Below, one piece after another: positions 30,409 to 39,303 of a stretch of 64,000 nt of DNA. The DNA comes from a bacterium (lineage in GTDB: Bacteria; Oederibacteriota; PGYV01; Palsa-1178), in assembly GCA_037138355.1 (NCBI GenBank), contig JBAXIL010000003.1:1-64000 (forward strand), written 5' to 3'. A model generated the notes under the pieces. It worked only from the letters and a program-made list of their open reading frames with translations, did no database searches and was not told the DNA's origin. A program made the position numbers and the translations under genes. The first letter of the stretch is position 1. Each line of letters starts with the position of its first letter.

Positions 30409-33400
30409 TTATTTAATTTCGTTTAGCTTCTGCTTTTGTTGAGCTTTTTTTAAGATTCGAGTTTCAAAATATTCATAAACAACAGGAACTACTACTAAGG
30501 TTAAGAATGTAGAAGTTAACAAGCCCCCAATAACAACCGTAGCAAGTCCTTCCCTTCCTTTAGACCCTTCACCGAGTGACATGGCAATAGGAAGCATACC
30601 AAAAATCATTGCAAATGTTGTCATCAAGATAGGTCTTAAACGCACTGGTCCAGCATGAAGTAAAGCTTCTCTCATAGACATACCCTGAGCACGCATTTTA
30701 TTAGTGAAATCAAGCAACAATATTCCATTTTTGGCAACAAGTCCTAAGACCATTAGCATTCCAATAAACCCAAACAAATCCAAATTATAACCTGTCAAAA
30801 GAAGAGCTAAAAATGCACCTATCATAGCTAAAGGAACAGCCACCATGATATACAGTGGTTGCACAAAAGAATTGTAAAGAGATGCCAAAATCATATACAT
30901 AAATAATATTGCCAAAAGCATGGCTTTGCCCATTTCAATTCCAATCGAAGCAAACTCTTTTGATTGTCCGCCAAAAGTGTAACTATATCCCTTTGGAAAT
31001 TTAATATCTTTTTCAATTGCTGCTTTTATCTTTGAATTCACCATGCCTATACTGGCTCCTGGTGCTACATTGGCAGAAACTTTTACTATTCTTACTTTAT
31101 TTTCCCTGCGTATTTCTGATGGTCCTGAACTATATTTAAAATCTACCACAGAAGATAAAGGTATTTTCTTTCCAGTTTTTGTAGTAATAACCAAGTTCTT
31201 TAAATCATCAACCTTTCTTCTATTTGTTTTATCCATTTGCATTGTTATATCATACTGCTTTTCAGCTTTTTTATAATTCGTAATTTTTGTTCCCTGCATA
31301 AGCGTTCTCATCAACCCGCCGATTTCTGCTGTGGATATACCCATTTTTTCCGACTTTATCGGATCAACTTTCAGTACTACTTCAGGAAGACCTGGTTTTA
31401 ATGAAACATCCGCATCCGCAGCTCCTGGAGTTTCCTGAACTATCTTCTTAATCTGTCCAGAAAGGTTTTCAAGCACTCTAAGATCATCTCCTGTTAAGCT
31501 AATCAACACAGGCATATATGAATCATCTCCGCCGCCCATACCACTTACTATATTCACATTTATATATTTGTCCAATTTGCTTTTATTAACAAAATCTCTT
31601 ACCTTCTGTGCTTCATTATCTGTTGTGATTTTTCTCTTATTTAATGGCTTCATTGAGACAAGTAAAGATCCTATATTACTTGCAGCAGTACCACCCATAT
31701 CTGCTCCAGCCATTACAAAATATGAATCAATATCTTTTTCATTTGCTATAAAGGTTTCCAATTCTGCTATATATTGCGATGTTTTTTCAAGTGGTGCTCC
31801 TGAGTATGTTTGAATATTCGCACTAAACATACCTCTATCAGAGTTCATAAAACTTTTTCCTAAAAACGGCACTATAAAAAAGCTTGCAATAAAAAGACCC
31901 ACAGCAGATGCTATAACCGTTTTTTTATGATTAAGTGCCCATTCTAATATTTCTCCATACCATTTTGCCATATCATTATAGAACTCATTCCATTTATCAG
32001 ACACAGCATATGCTGCCTTTAATAAACCTTTTTTCTCTTTCTTATCTTCTTTTTTATACCAGTATGCTGATAGCATAGGAGCTGTTGTGAAAGCATCCAA
32101 AAGAGATATGGCCAAAGCAAAAGCTACCGTAAGTCCAAATTGTTTGAAGAACTGTCCGATAATCCCAGAAAGAAAAGATATAGGAAGAAAAACTGCCATG
32201 ATTGACAAAGTAGTGGATATTACAGCAAGAGATACTTCGTTCGTACCTACTTCAGCCGCTTCTTTTGGGCTCATACCCGCTTCTATATGCCTAAATATAT
32301 TTTCTCGAACAACTATAGAATCATCTATAAGCAAACCTACTGCCAGTGATAAAGAAAGTAAGGTTATAGTATTTATTGAGAAACCCGCTATCATCATAAT
32401 AAAGAAGGAACCTATTATAGAATTAGGAAGCGCCACTGCAGTAATAATTGCAGATCTAAAATTCCCTAAAAAGAGCCATACTATAAGAATAGCAAGTATG
32501 GCACCAATTATTATATTTTCAAGTATGCCCTCAACACTTCTTTTTATTCCGGTAGTTGTATCGCCTGCTGAAGCAAGCTTAATATCTGAAGGCAAAGTCT
32601 TTTGTATTTCTTTAACTTGTTTCATAACATCCGCCGCTACTTTCACGGAATTTGAGCCACTCTGTTTTAAGACACTAAACATAACTGCAGGAACTTGATT
32701 AACCCTTACTTTTACAGTTTCGTCTTCTAATGTAAAAGATACTTTTGCAATATCTTTAATCCTTAACATTTTTCCCGTATTAGATGTAAGTGGCATATTA
32801 GCAATATCATCAACATTTTGAAACTCTCCAACTATCCTAACCGTAATATTTTTTTCTGTTCCTTCCACGGTCCCAACTGGATAATTAAGATTTCTTGCAT
32901 TAATAGCATTAGTTATCTGGCTTGTAGTAATACCTTTTGCCAACAATAAAGCTTTATTTACTTCTACCTTCACTATTTTCTTCTGTCCACCAAATATATT
33001 TATAGAGGCAACTCCTGGAATTCTTTCAAGCTGTGGTTTTATATCATCTTCGAGAAGTTCACGAAGATCTGATGATTGTTTTTTTCCTGAAAGAGACATA
33101 AACTGTATAGGAATATCAGAAAAACTAAATTTTTGAATTATAGGTTCTAACATGTCCGTTGGTAATATTGGTTTTGTTGATGCAACTTTATCTCGCACTT
33201 TTATTTCTGCAAATTTTACATCTGTGCCCAGCGTAAAAGCAATATTTATCATTGCTAAACCTTCCCTGCAAGAACTCGTTACTTTATCCAATCCTTCAAG
33301 AGTTGCAAAAGCATCTTCAAGCGGTTTGGCTACTATTGTTTCCATTTCTTCAGCAGATGCTCCTGGATAATATACTATAACTGACACAGTTGGAAAATCT

Positions 33401-33519
33401 ACATTTGGCATTAAATCCCACGGAAGACTTGAGTAGCCGAGCCAACCAAGTGTAATAATTGATAAAACTATCATTACAACAAATACAGGCTTTTTTATGG
33501 CTAATCCTGCTATATTCAT
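30409..33519 (-). CDS. RND efflux permease, copy 1
   Basis: Same RND motifs; long stretches identical to copy 2. Confidence 0.97.
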   Translation of the reverse strand: MNIAGLAIKKPVFVVMIVLSIITLGWLGYSSLPWDLMPNVDFPTVSVIVYYPGASAEEMETIVAKPLEDAFATLEGLDKVTSSCREGLAMINIAFTLGTDVKFAEIKVRDKVASTKPILPTDMLEPIIQKFSFSDIPIQFMSLSGKKQSSDLRELLEDDIKPQLERIPGVASINIFGGQKKIVKVEVNKALLLAKGITTSQITNAINARNLNYPVGTVEGTEKNITVRIVGEFQNVDDIANMPLTSNTGKMLRIKDIAKVSFTLEDETVKVRVNQVPAVMFSVLKQSGSNSVKVAADVMKQVKEIQKTLPSDIKLASAGDTTTGIKRSVEGILENIIIGAILAILIVWLFLGNFRSAIITAVALPNSIIGSFFIMMIAGFSINTITLLSLSLAVGLLIDDSIVVRENIFRHIEAGMSPKEAAEVGTNEVSLAVISTTLSIMAVFLPISFLSGIIGQFFKQFGLTVAFALAISLLDAFTTAPMLSAYWYKKEDKKEKKGLLKAAYAVSDKWNEFYNDMAKWYGEILEWALNHKKTVIASAVGLFIASFFIVPFLGKSFMNSDRGMFSANIQTYSGAPLEKTSQYIAELETFIANEKDIDSYFVMAGADMGGTAASNIGSLLVSMKPLNKRKITTDNEAQKVRDFVNKSKLDKYINVNIVSGMGGGDDSYMPVLISLTGDDLRVLENLSGQIKKIVQETPGAADADVSLKPGLPEVVLKVDPIKSEKMGISTAEIGGLMRTLMQGTKITNYKKAEKQYDITMQMDKTNRRKVDDLKNLVITTKTGKKIPLSSVVDFKYSSGPSEIRRENKVRIVKVSANVAPGASIGMVNSKIKAAIEKDIKFPKGYSYTFGGQSKEFASIGIEMGKAMLLAILFMYMILASLYNSFVQPLYIMVAVPLAMIGAFLALLLTGYNLDLFGFIGMLMVLGLVAKNGILLLDFTNKMRAQGMSMREALLHAGPVRLRPILMTTFAMIFGMLPIAMSLGEGSKGREGLATVVIGGLLTSTFLTLVVVPVVYEYFETRILKKAQQKQKLNEIK

Positions 33520-33577
33520 ACCAATCTCCTTATTATTAGCTTGAAACCGCGATGCTTAAATATTGCCGCAACGCCGC

Positions 33578-34507
33578 TTATTTGCCGTTTTTTATTTTTA
33601 AATTTTGTTTTGAGTTTCCGTTATCTACTATGGCCCCTTCAAAAAGCCTAAAATTTCCGTCAGTAATTACATTGTCGCCATCTGCTAATAAGCCATCTAC
33701 TTCAATATTGTCATTAATTCTAAATCCTGTAATTACTTTTACCTGAGAAGCTTTTCCATTTCTGTTTACATAAACATATGCTCCATCTTCTCCTAAAAGA
33801 ACAGCTTTTTCTGGAACAACATAACTTTCTTTATTTTCAGTTAATATATCTACATTTACAGACATTCCTATTTTTAAAATTTTTCCTTTATTAGCCGCTT
33901 TTGCTACTACCGTCCCTGCCATAATATCCTTATCTACAACTGGTGGAACAGAAGCCACAATTGCATTTAATGATATGGTCTTGTCATTGGCATAATATAT
34001 CTGAGCACTTTGTCCTTTTTGAACTTTTAATAAATCATCTTGTCCAAGATTAAAAACTACCTTAATTTTATTTTCATTAGCCACTTCAGCCACAGGCATT
34101 TGTGGAGATACTGTATCACCCTTGTCCATATAATAAAGTTTTGTAATCATACCTGACACAGGAGCCTTCACAGGTGCCAGTTCAAAAGTGGCACCTACTA
34201 TATCGCGGTCTATGTAAGCAATAATATCACCACGCTTAACCATCTGTCCTTCTACTGTATTATTTTTAGCAAACTTTCCAGCCACTTGAGGATATACCTT
34301 CACCTGTGGATCTCCTTCAAGTATTCCTTGAACCGAAAGTACATGTGGGACATTTTGCTTTACAAGTTTCACATCAGAAATATTAAAGACTACTTCTTTT
34401 TGCTTTTTTAAACCATTTGTTACAGAAGTCCCTATCCTATAAATAATAAGAGCAGCTATAACAATGCCCAACAAAATTAAAATTCTCTTTACAAGGTTCC
34501 TATTCAT
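33578..34507 (-). CDS. RND periplasmic adaptor (MFP), copy 1, no alpha-hairpin
   Basis: VAGK..VEGQMVKRGD..DRDIVG..PVKAPVSG; paralog of 28894-29787. Confidence 0.9.
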   Translation of the reverse strand: MNRNLVKRILILLGIVIAALIIYRIGTSVTNGLKKQKEVVFNISDVKLVKQNVPHVLSVQGILEGDPQVKVYPQVAGKFAKNNTVEGQMVKRGDIIAYIDRDIVGATFELAPVKAPVSGMITKLYYMDKGDTVSPQMPVAEVANENKIKVVFNLGQDDLLKVQKGQSAQIYYANDKTISLNAIVASVPPVVDKDIMAGTVVAKAANKGKILKIGMSVNVDILTENKESYVVPEKAVLLGEDGAYVYVNRNGKASQVKVITGFRINDNIEVDGLLADGDNVITDGNFRLFEGAIVDNGNSKQNLKIKNGK

Positions 34508-34527
34508 TTTTTTGCCTCCAAATTATT

Positions 34528-35949
34528 TTAATTTATAAAATCCTTAAGTTTTTGTGCAGTTGTAATATAATTAAACATAGCACTCAAATAATTCATTTTT
34601 GCTTTTAATAAACCATTTTCTGCATTTAATAAATCCACTGACTGTATAAGCCCATTTTTATAGGACTCCTTTGCTATTCTATAACCTTCCTGGGCAGTTT
34701 TAATAAGATCATCTGCAGCTTCTATGACCTGTCTATTTTGTTCAAGAGAAGTGTAAAGCTGCTCAAGCTGTATAGCGAGCATATTGTCAATATTTTCTTT
34801 GTTAAGATCTGCTTTCTCAGTATTTGCCTCTGCTTCTTTTAATGATGCAACATTTTTAAAAGAATCAAATACTGTCCACTGGAAACCTATAGTGACATCC
34901 CATGAATTCTGCCAATATGCGCTTTCTGTATGAAATGCTTTTTCCGTTGAGTAATAATTGTAATTTGCATTCAATGCTATATTTGGCAAAAACATAGCTG
35001 CTTGGAGATTTCTGTTAAGCTTTGCTATGTTTGCAACTGATTCCACTATCTCTTTGTCATCATTTTTTTCCTTAAACTGTTTTAACATATCTTTATATGT
35101 AAAATCAAATTTTTTATATTCGGCCACACCCGATAATTTGATGTTTTCATCAAGTGGAATGCCTATGGTATTTTTTAACATTTGAAGTGATAGCTTAGCT
35201 CCATCATCTGCTTTTTGTGCATCTGGCACAGAATTTGAAAACTGAACCTGCGCCTGTAAAACATCAAAGTTTGATGCTTGTCCATTAGCATATTTGGTCT
35301 TAGTTATTCTGTAGTATTCTTCATTACTTTTTAATGTTTCTTGCATTGTTTTTGCCATTTCCTGAGCAATTAAGGCTCCATAAAACGAATTAATAACATC
35401 TAAATTTAATTTCTCTGCTGCCTTTTTATAGTTTATCCGAGCAATATTATAACTTTCTTCCGCCATTTTCACTCCAAAAAATGTTTTTCCAAAAGTAAAG
35501 ATCGGTTGTGTCAAAGATACTCTTGCTGAATAATAATTTTGTGGCATAAGCGCTAAAGCTGTATCTGATGCAGGAAAACCAGGTCCAAAAGAATTTGCAG
35601 GAAGCAATGTACTTGCTAATTTACTGAATGGCTCATAACCACCAGCAATTACAATGGTTGGTCCAAAAGACCCTGTGGCTTTTGAAAGTTGAGCTTCTGC
35701 AGCAGTCTTATCAAGCCCTGCTATTTTATAATCTCTATTCTTTTCAGCTGCCATTTTATAGCAATCATCAAAACTCATAACAGTTTTTGTTTGGGTGCTT
35801 TCAACTTCAGGAACTAAAGTCGCCTGAATTGTCGGTATTTGTTTTACTACAACTACTTTTTTTGGTGTTGCTTTTGCAGCAAATATCCCACTCGCTAAAA
35901 TTAAGCCAACAAACAGAATAATGTTAATTCTCTTCATAATTAATTGCAT
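34528..35949 (-). CDS. TolC-family outer-membrane efflux channel
   Basis: Signal peptide, LTQPIF..G, Y..G.....DVLQAQ and YKNGL...DLLNAE repeats; start likely MQL after GGAGG. Confidence 0.93.
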   Translation of the reverse strand: MQLIMKRINIILFVGLILASGIFAAKATPKKVVVVKQIPTIQATLVPEVESTQTKTVMSFDDCYKMAAEKNRDYKIAGLDKTAAEAQLSKATGSFGPTIVIAGGYEPFSKLASTLLPANSFGPGFPASDTALALMPQNYYSARVSLTQPIFTFGKTFFGVKMAEESYNIARINYKKAAEKLNLDVINSFYGALIAQEMAKTMQETLKSNEEYYRITKTKYANGQASNFDVLQAQVQFSNSVPDAQKADDGAKLSLQMLKNTIGIPLDENIKLSGVAEYKKFDFTYKDMLKQFKEKNDDKEIVESVANIAKLNRNLQAAMFLPNIALNANYNYYSTEKAFHTESAYWQNSWDVTIGFQWTVFDSFKNVASLKEAEANTEKADLNKENIDNMLAIQLEQLYTSLEQNRQVIEAADDLIKTAQEGYRIAKESYKNGLIQSVDLLNAENGLLKAKMNYLSAMFNYITTAQKLKDFIN

Positions 35950-35963
35950 TGTATTTTCCTCCA

Positions 35964-36545
35964 TTAGTATAATATTTTCCAGGCAAAGCCTGTTTTAATA
36001 ATCTGTAATTCTCCATAAGACACATTTAGATTTGAATAAGTTGGTCTTTCAATCCTGAGTGACAAAACTGATGTGTCATTCACATTCCAATTAAGCCCAA
36101 ATCCAAAATTATAATAATCAGCAAGCCAAGTATTATCTCTATCACCGTTATATCCAGGAATTATTTCATACTGACTATGTCTATTAGCAAATGCCCTACC
36201 ATACTCAAAACATATATCAGGGTAAACTAATAAATTTGGACATATATTAACCCTGATACCTGCAAAGACAGGATAAAAAGTATAATATTCCTGAGAATTG
36301 CTCCTATCGACAAAAAACTGAAAACCTGCTCCAGCATATAGGTCCACCCACTTCGCAATAGTGCCACCTAACTTAGCATCAAAGACCGCCGTATCATAAG
36401 AACCAGTACTATTATTTTCCAGAGTACGCGGCGTAATTAATGATGCGTAGGAAACTCCAAACTCACTGAAAATAATTTTTTCAGCCATAAGTGGACTCAA
36501 AACTGTTAAAAACATAAACAAAACTAAAATTAATATTTTTTTCAT
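35964..36545 (-). CDS. Small outer-membrane beta-barrel protein
   Basis: Signal peptide, amphipathic aromatic strands, C-terminal GFAWKILY. Confidence 0.65.
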   Translation of the reverse strand: MKKILILVLFMFLTVLSPLMAEKIIFSEFGVSYASLITPRTLENNSTGSYDTAVFDAKLGGTIAKWVDLYAGAGFQFFVDRSNSQEYYTFYPVFAGIRVNICPNLLVYPDICFEYGRAFANRHSQYEIIPGYNGDRDNTWLADYYNFGFGLNWNVNDTSVLSLRIERPTYSNLNVSYGELQIIKTGFAWKILY

Positions 36546-36547
36546 TT

Positions 36548-36985
36548 TTACTCCCTTTCCATTTTCTTCTGAATTTTCTTCAGTATATTTAATGCCTGCT
36601 TTTTCTCCTGATTCGACAAAACCCCTAAAATCTCAACAAACTGTTTTTTCTTTGTTTCTATATGACTGCAGACCATTTGCTCCACATTTTTAGTCACATG
36701 TACCCACACCGTGCGCCTATCCGACTCATTATGTTCCCTTTTTAATACACCAAAAGAAACAAGTTTATTGACTGTTTCTGTCATAGACGGTAATTTGACT
36801 CCAGCATGTTTTGCCAAATCACTCATTTTTACTTTTTTATGCTTATAAAGATAAGCCATAAGATCAAGCTGGGACAAGGTAAGATCTTTTACGCCACTTT
36901 TCATAAAGTGCGTATTTTTTTGATTTCTCATAAAACCTGATAATGTTTCAATACATTCTGTAATTTGTTTCATCGTTTCTTCCAT
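36548..36985 (-). CDS. MarR-family regulator
   Basis: LTLSQ, LAKHAGVKLPSMT, R...SDRR. Confidence 0.92.
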   Translation of the reverse strand: MEETMKQITECIETLSGFMRNQKNTHFMKSGVKDLTLSQLDLMAYLYKHKKVKMSDLAKHAGVKLPSMTETVNKLVSFGVLKREHNESDRRTVWVHVTKNVEQMVCSHIETKKKQFVEILGVLSNQEKKQALNILKKIQKKMERE

Positions 36986-37015
36986 AGTTCAAACCTCGAA
37001 TAATTTATATTCCTA

Positions 37016-37060
37016 ATAGTTAGGTATCCTTAATATAAACAAAAAATGTTTATTTGTCAA
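37016..37060 (-). promoter_or_regulatory. Promoter with overlapping MarR-type operator
   Basis: TTGACA-17-TATATT; palindrome ATAGTTAGG TAT CCTTAATAT (37016-37036). Confidence 0.72.
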
Positions 37061-37135
37061 GTTTTTATTAATATTTTTTTGCCCAATTCCATATAACCAG
37101 ATATTGGCTATATATATAGGTTTAAAAGATTATCC

Positions 37136-37510
37136 TTATTCGAAGTATTCCATAAATTTATCACTTGTCATAATTTTCATAAAGTGTTTTGTTGCAAAAT
37201 TGGTTATCTCTCTATCTGATGAAACTATAAGATGTGTCTTTGCTTTACCTGTCCGCTTTTCAATCATTTCCATTATATACTCATCCGCCGTTTCACCCTG
37301 TGCCGAATAAAATATTTTTATTCCATGTTTGACTTCTTTACCGCGTTGTTTGGAAGGATTATTTTTGCCATCAAAGACAACTATCATATCAGCAGGATTG
37401 ACTGTTAAAAATTCAGCTAAAGCCTCAAGTAATTTTTCACGCTTTTGTTCTAAAGTACCTGTCACTTCCATTCTGTACATTAAATTATAACCATCTATGA
37501 TGACCTTCAT
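37136..37510 (-). CDS. NYN-domain (YacP/Rae1-like) ribonuclease
   Basis: IIDGYNL, VVFDG, TADEYI, VSSDRE. Confidence 0.9.
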   Translation of the reverse strand: MKVIIDGYNLMYRMEVTGTLEQKREKLLEALAEFLTVNPADMIVVFDGKNNPSKQRGKEVKHGIKIFYSAQGETADEYIMEMIEKRTGKAKTHLIVSSDREITNFATKHFMKIMTSDKFMEYFE

Positions 37511-37530
37511 AAATACCTCATCTTTTTTAT

Positions 37531-39153
37531 TTACATATTATCTTTTACTATTTTTTTCTTAACTCCACTTGATGCCAATATCACATGATAAGCAGATAAG
37601 GCTGGCATTTCTAAAGTGAATGTATTATTAATTATTTTGTCTATATCCTGTCTCCGTGTTATTTTAGCCTGACTTAACTTATCAAAGCCATAAGCCTTTC
37701 CTGTTTGATATATTTGGTCCGATTTGATTACAATTCTAACCATTGTTGTATTTATTAAATCTTTATTTATGATTATGATATGAAGATTTGTTTCGTCGTT
37801 ACCTTCTATTGAAGCATAAGTTGTTATTTTTGCTACATCAGAAGTATCTGCTTTTATATTTGTATCACCATACTTGCCGCTATTTCCGTCATAATTTCTG
37901 TATAATCTAAAACCTGCCAAAGTATATGCTCCAAGTTCTGCCATCCAATAATTAGCCATATACACTCCATATTTACCAAATATTCCCAATACATCTGCCT
38001 CTGCAATACCGCCCGATGGATGATAACCTGCTCCATATTCATATTCCGTAAAAGCAAGCTTGGTTCCTGGATAATATTTATCAATCATTTCATTTAGCTT
38101 TGGAATTAAGCGTATAGGACAATGTCCTGACGCGCATATCCAACTTGTTTCAATATAATTTGGATCCCATAAAGACCTCGGGGCTTGAACTCTCGCCTCT
38201 GCTGTTTCTTCCGCCACACCTGCGGCCTGTGTGAATACTATTCTTTTTCCATTGGTTGAAGCTTCTGGATACCAGTGAACATCAAGCGCATCCAGCAAAC
38301 GCATTCCTTTTGCTTTTGAGGCTTCATTTAACTTTTCTAAATAATACGCCAGATACCAACCGTAAACATAATAAGGTTTAATGTAATCAGGAGCATCCTG
38401 AAAAGTTCTGAATCCATTAAAACCATATGAGGCTGGTCCGTAGATTTCGGCGCTTGGATCTATTTTTTTCACAGCGCTTGCCGCATCAATAGAAAGCTGA
38501 ACATACTCTTGTGCCCCAACTTTATTTTGGTGCAACCTTGGATGTGTGGTGGACCAAATATCAGGTTCATTATCAAGTGAATAACCCTTAACACCTGTTG
38601 ACGTATCTGCTTTTCCGTATTTATTCACCAGAAAATTTACTTCTTCATCTACATAAACAAACCCATCATTTTTATCAGGTTCTAATGATAATTCTTTTCC
38701 TTTAGTAAATATTACTTTTGCCCATCTGTCAGATGGTGCTATTTCTTTTACTCCAACAGGTCCATTCTTATCTTTTGACACATAACCAGCAAGAGGTAGA
38801 GTTATTATAGAATACGCATTTAATGTAAGTGATTTATCGTGAAATGTAGTCAATACAGCACCAGCTTTATCTTGATCACCTGTCACATTTGCCCAATCTG
38901 CCAAATAATTATCAGAAGATTGCTGCCAATCACTACCAGCATTTGAAGCATTATTTTCCCAATTGTAACCAGTCATTCTATTACCACCTAAACGCCTCGC
39001 CGTGTAATTTGTATCCCTCGCAATATCTTGATTGACACCGTATATATAAGGAGAGATTTTTGTTCTGTCTTTTGATGTATCAATTGTTACATCAACAGCA
39101 AAAAGCAATGAAGCATTCAGAAATAATAGTAAGCCAGTCAGTATCCTTTTCAC
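37531..39153 (-). CDS. Secreted glycoside hydrolase family 44 (endoglucanase/xyloglucanase)
   Basis: RLGGNRMTGYNWENNASNAGSDW, LDNEP acid/base, DVHWYP, AFTEY nucleophile; signal peptide. Confidence 0.92.
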   Translation of the reverse strand: MKRILTGLLLFLNASLLFAVDVTIDTSKDRTKISPYIYGVNQDIARDTNYTARRLGGNRMTGYNWENNASNAGSDWQQSSDNYLADWANVTGDQDKAGAVLTTFHDKSLTLNAYSIITLPLAGYVSKDKNGPVGVKEIAPSDRWAKVIFTKGKELSLEPDKNDGFVYVDEEVNFLVNKYGKADTSTGVKGYSLDNEPDIWSTTHPRLHQNKVGAQEYVQLSIDAASAVKKIDPSAEIYGPASYGFNGFRTFQDAPDYIKPYYVYGWYLAYYLEKLNEASKAKGMRLLDALDVHWYPEASTNGKRIVFTQAAGVAEETAEARVQAPRSLWDPNYIETSWICASGHCPIRLIPKLNEMIDKYYPGTKLAFTEYEYGAGYHPSGGIAEADVLGIFGKYGVYMANYWMAELGAYTLAGFRLYRNYDGNSGKYGDTNIKADTSDVAKITTYASIEGNDETNLHIIIINKDLINTTMVRIVIKSDQIYQTGKAYGFDKLSQAKITRRQDIDKIINNTFTLEMPALSAYHVILASSGVKKKIVKDNM

Positions 39154-39242
39154 AATTCACCTCGTTTTATTGTATTAATCCTATAAAAGAAGAAACATCT
39201 GTGATTTGAATCAAGTAATTGTCTTTAAGTCCCTATAACTAT

Positions 39243-39267
39243 AACGCAAATAAAGCCAAAATGTTGC
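39243..39267 (-). promoter_or_regulatory. Candidate ECF-sigma promoter of GH44 gene
   Basis: GCAAC-16 bp-CGTT on the minus strand. Confidence 0.5.
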
Positions 39268-39303
39268 TTTTGGGGAGTATGTTTTAGATTTAAGGTATTA
39301 TGA

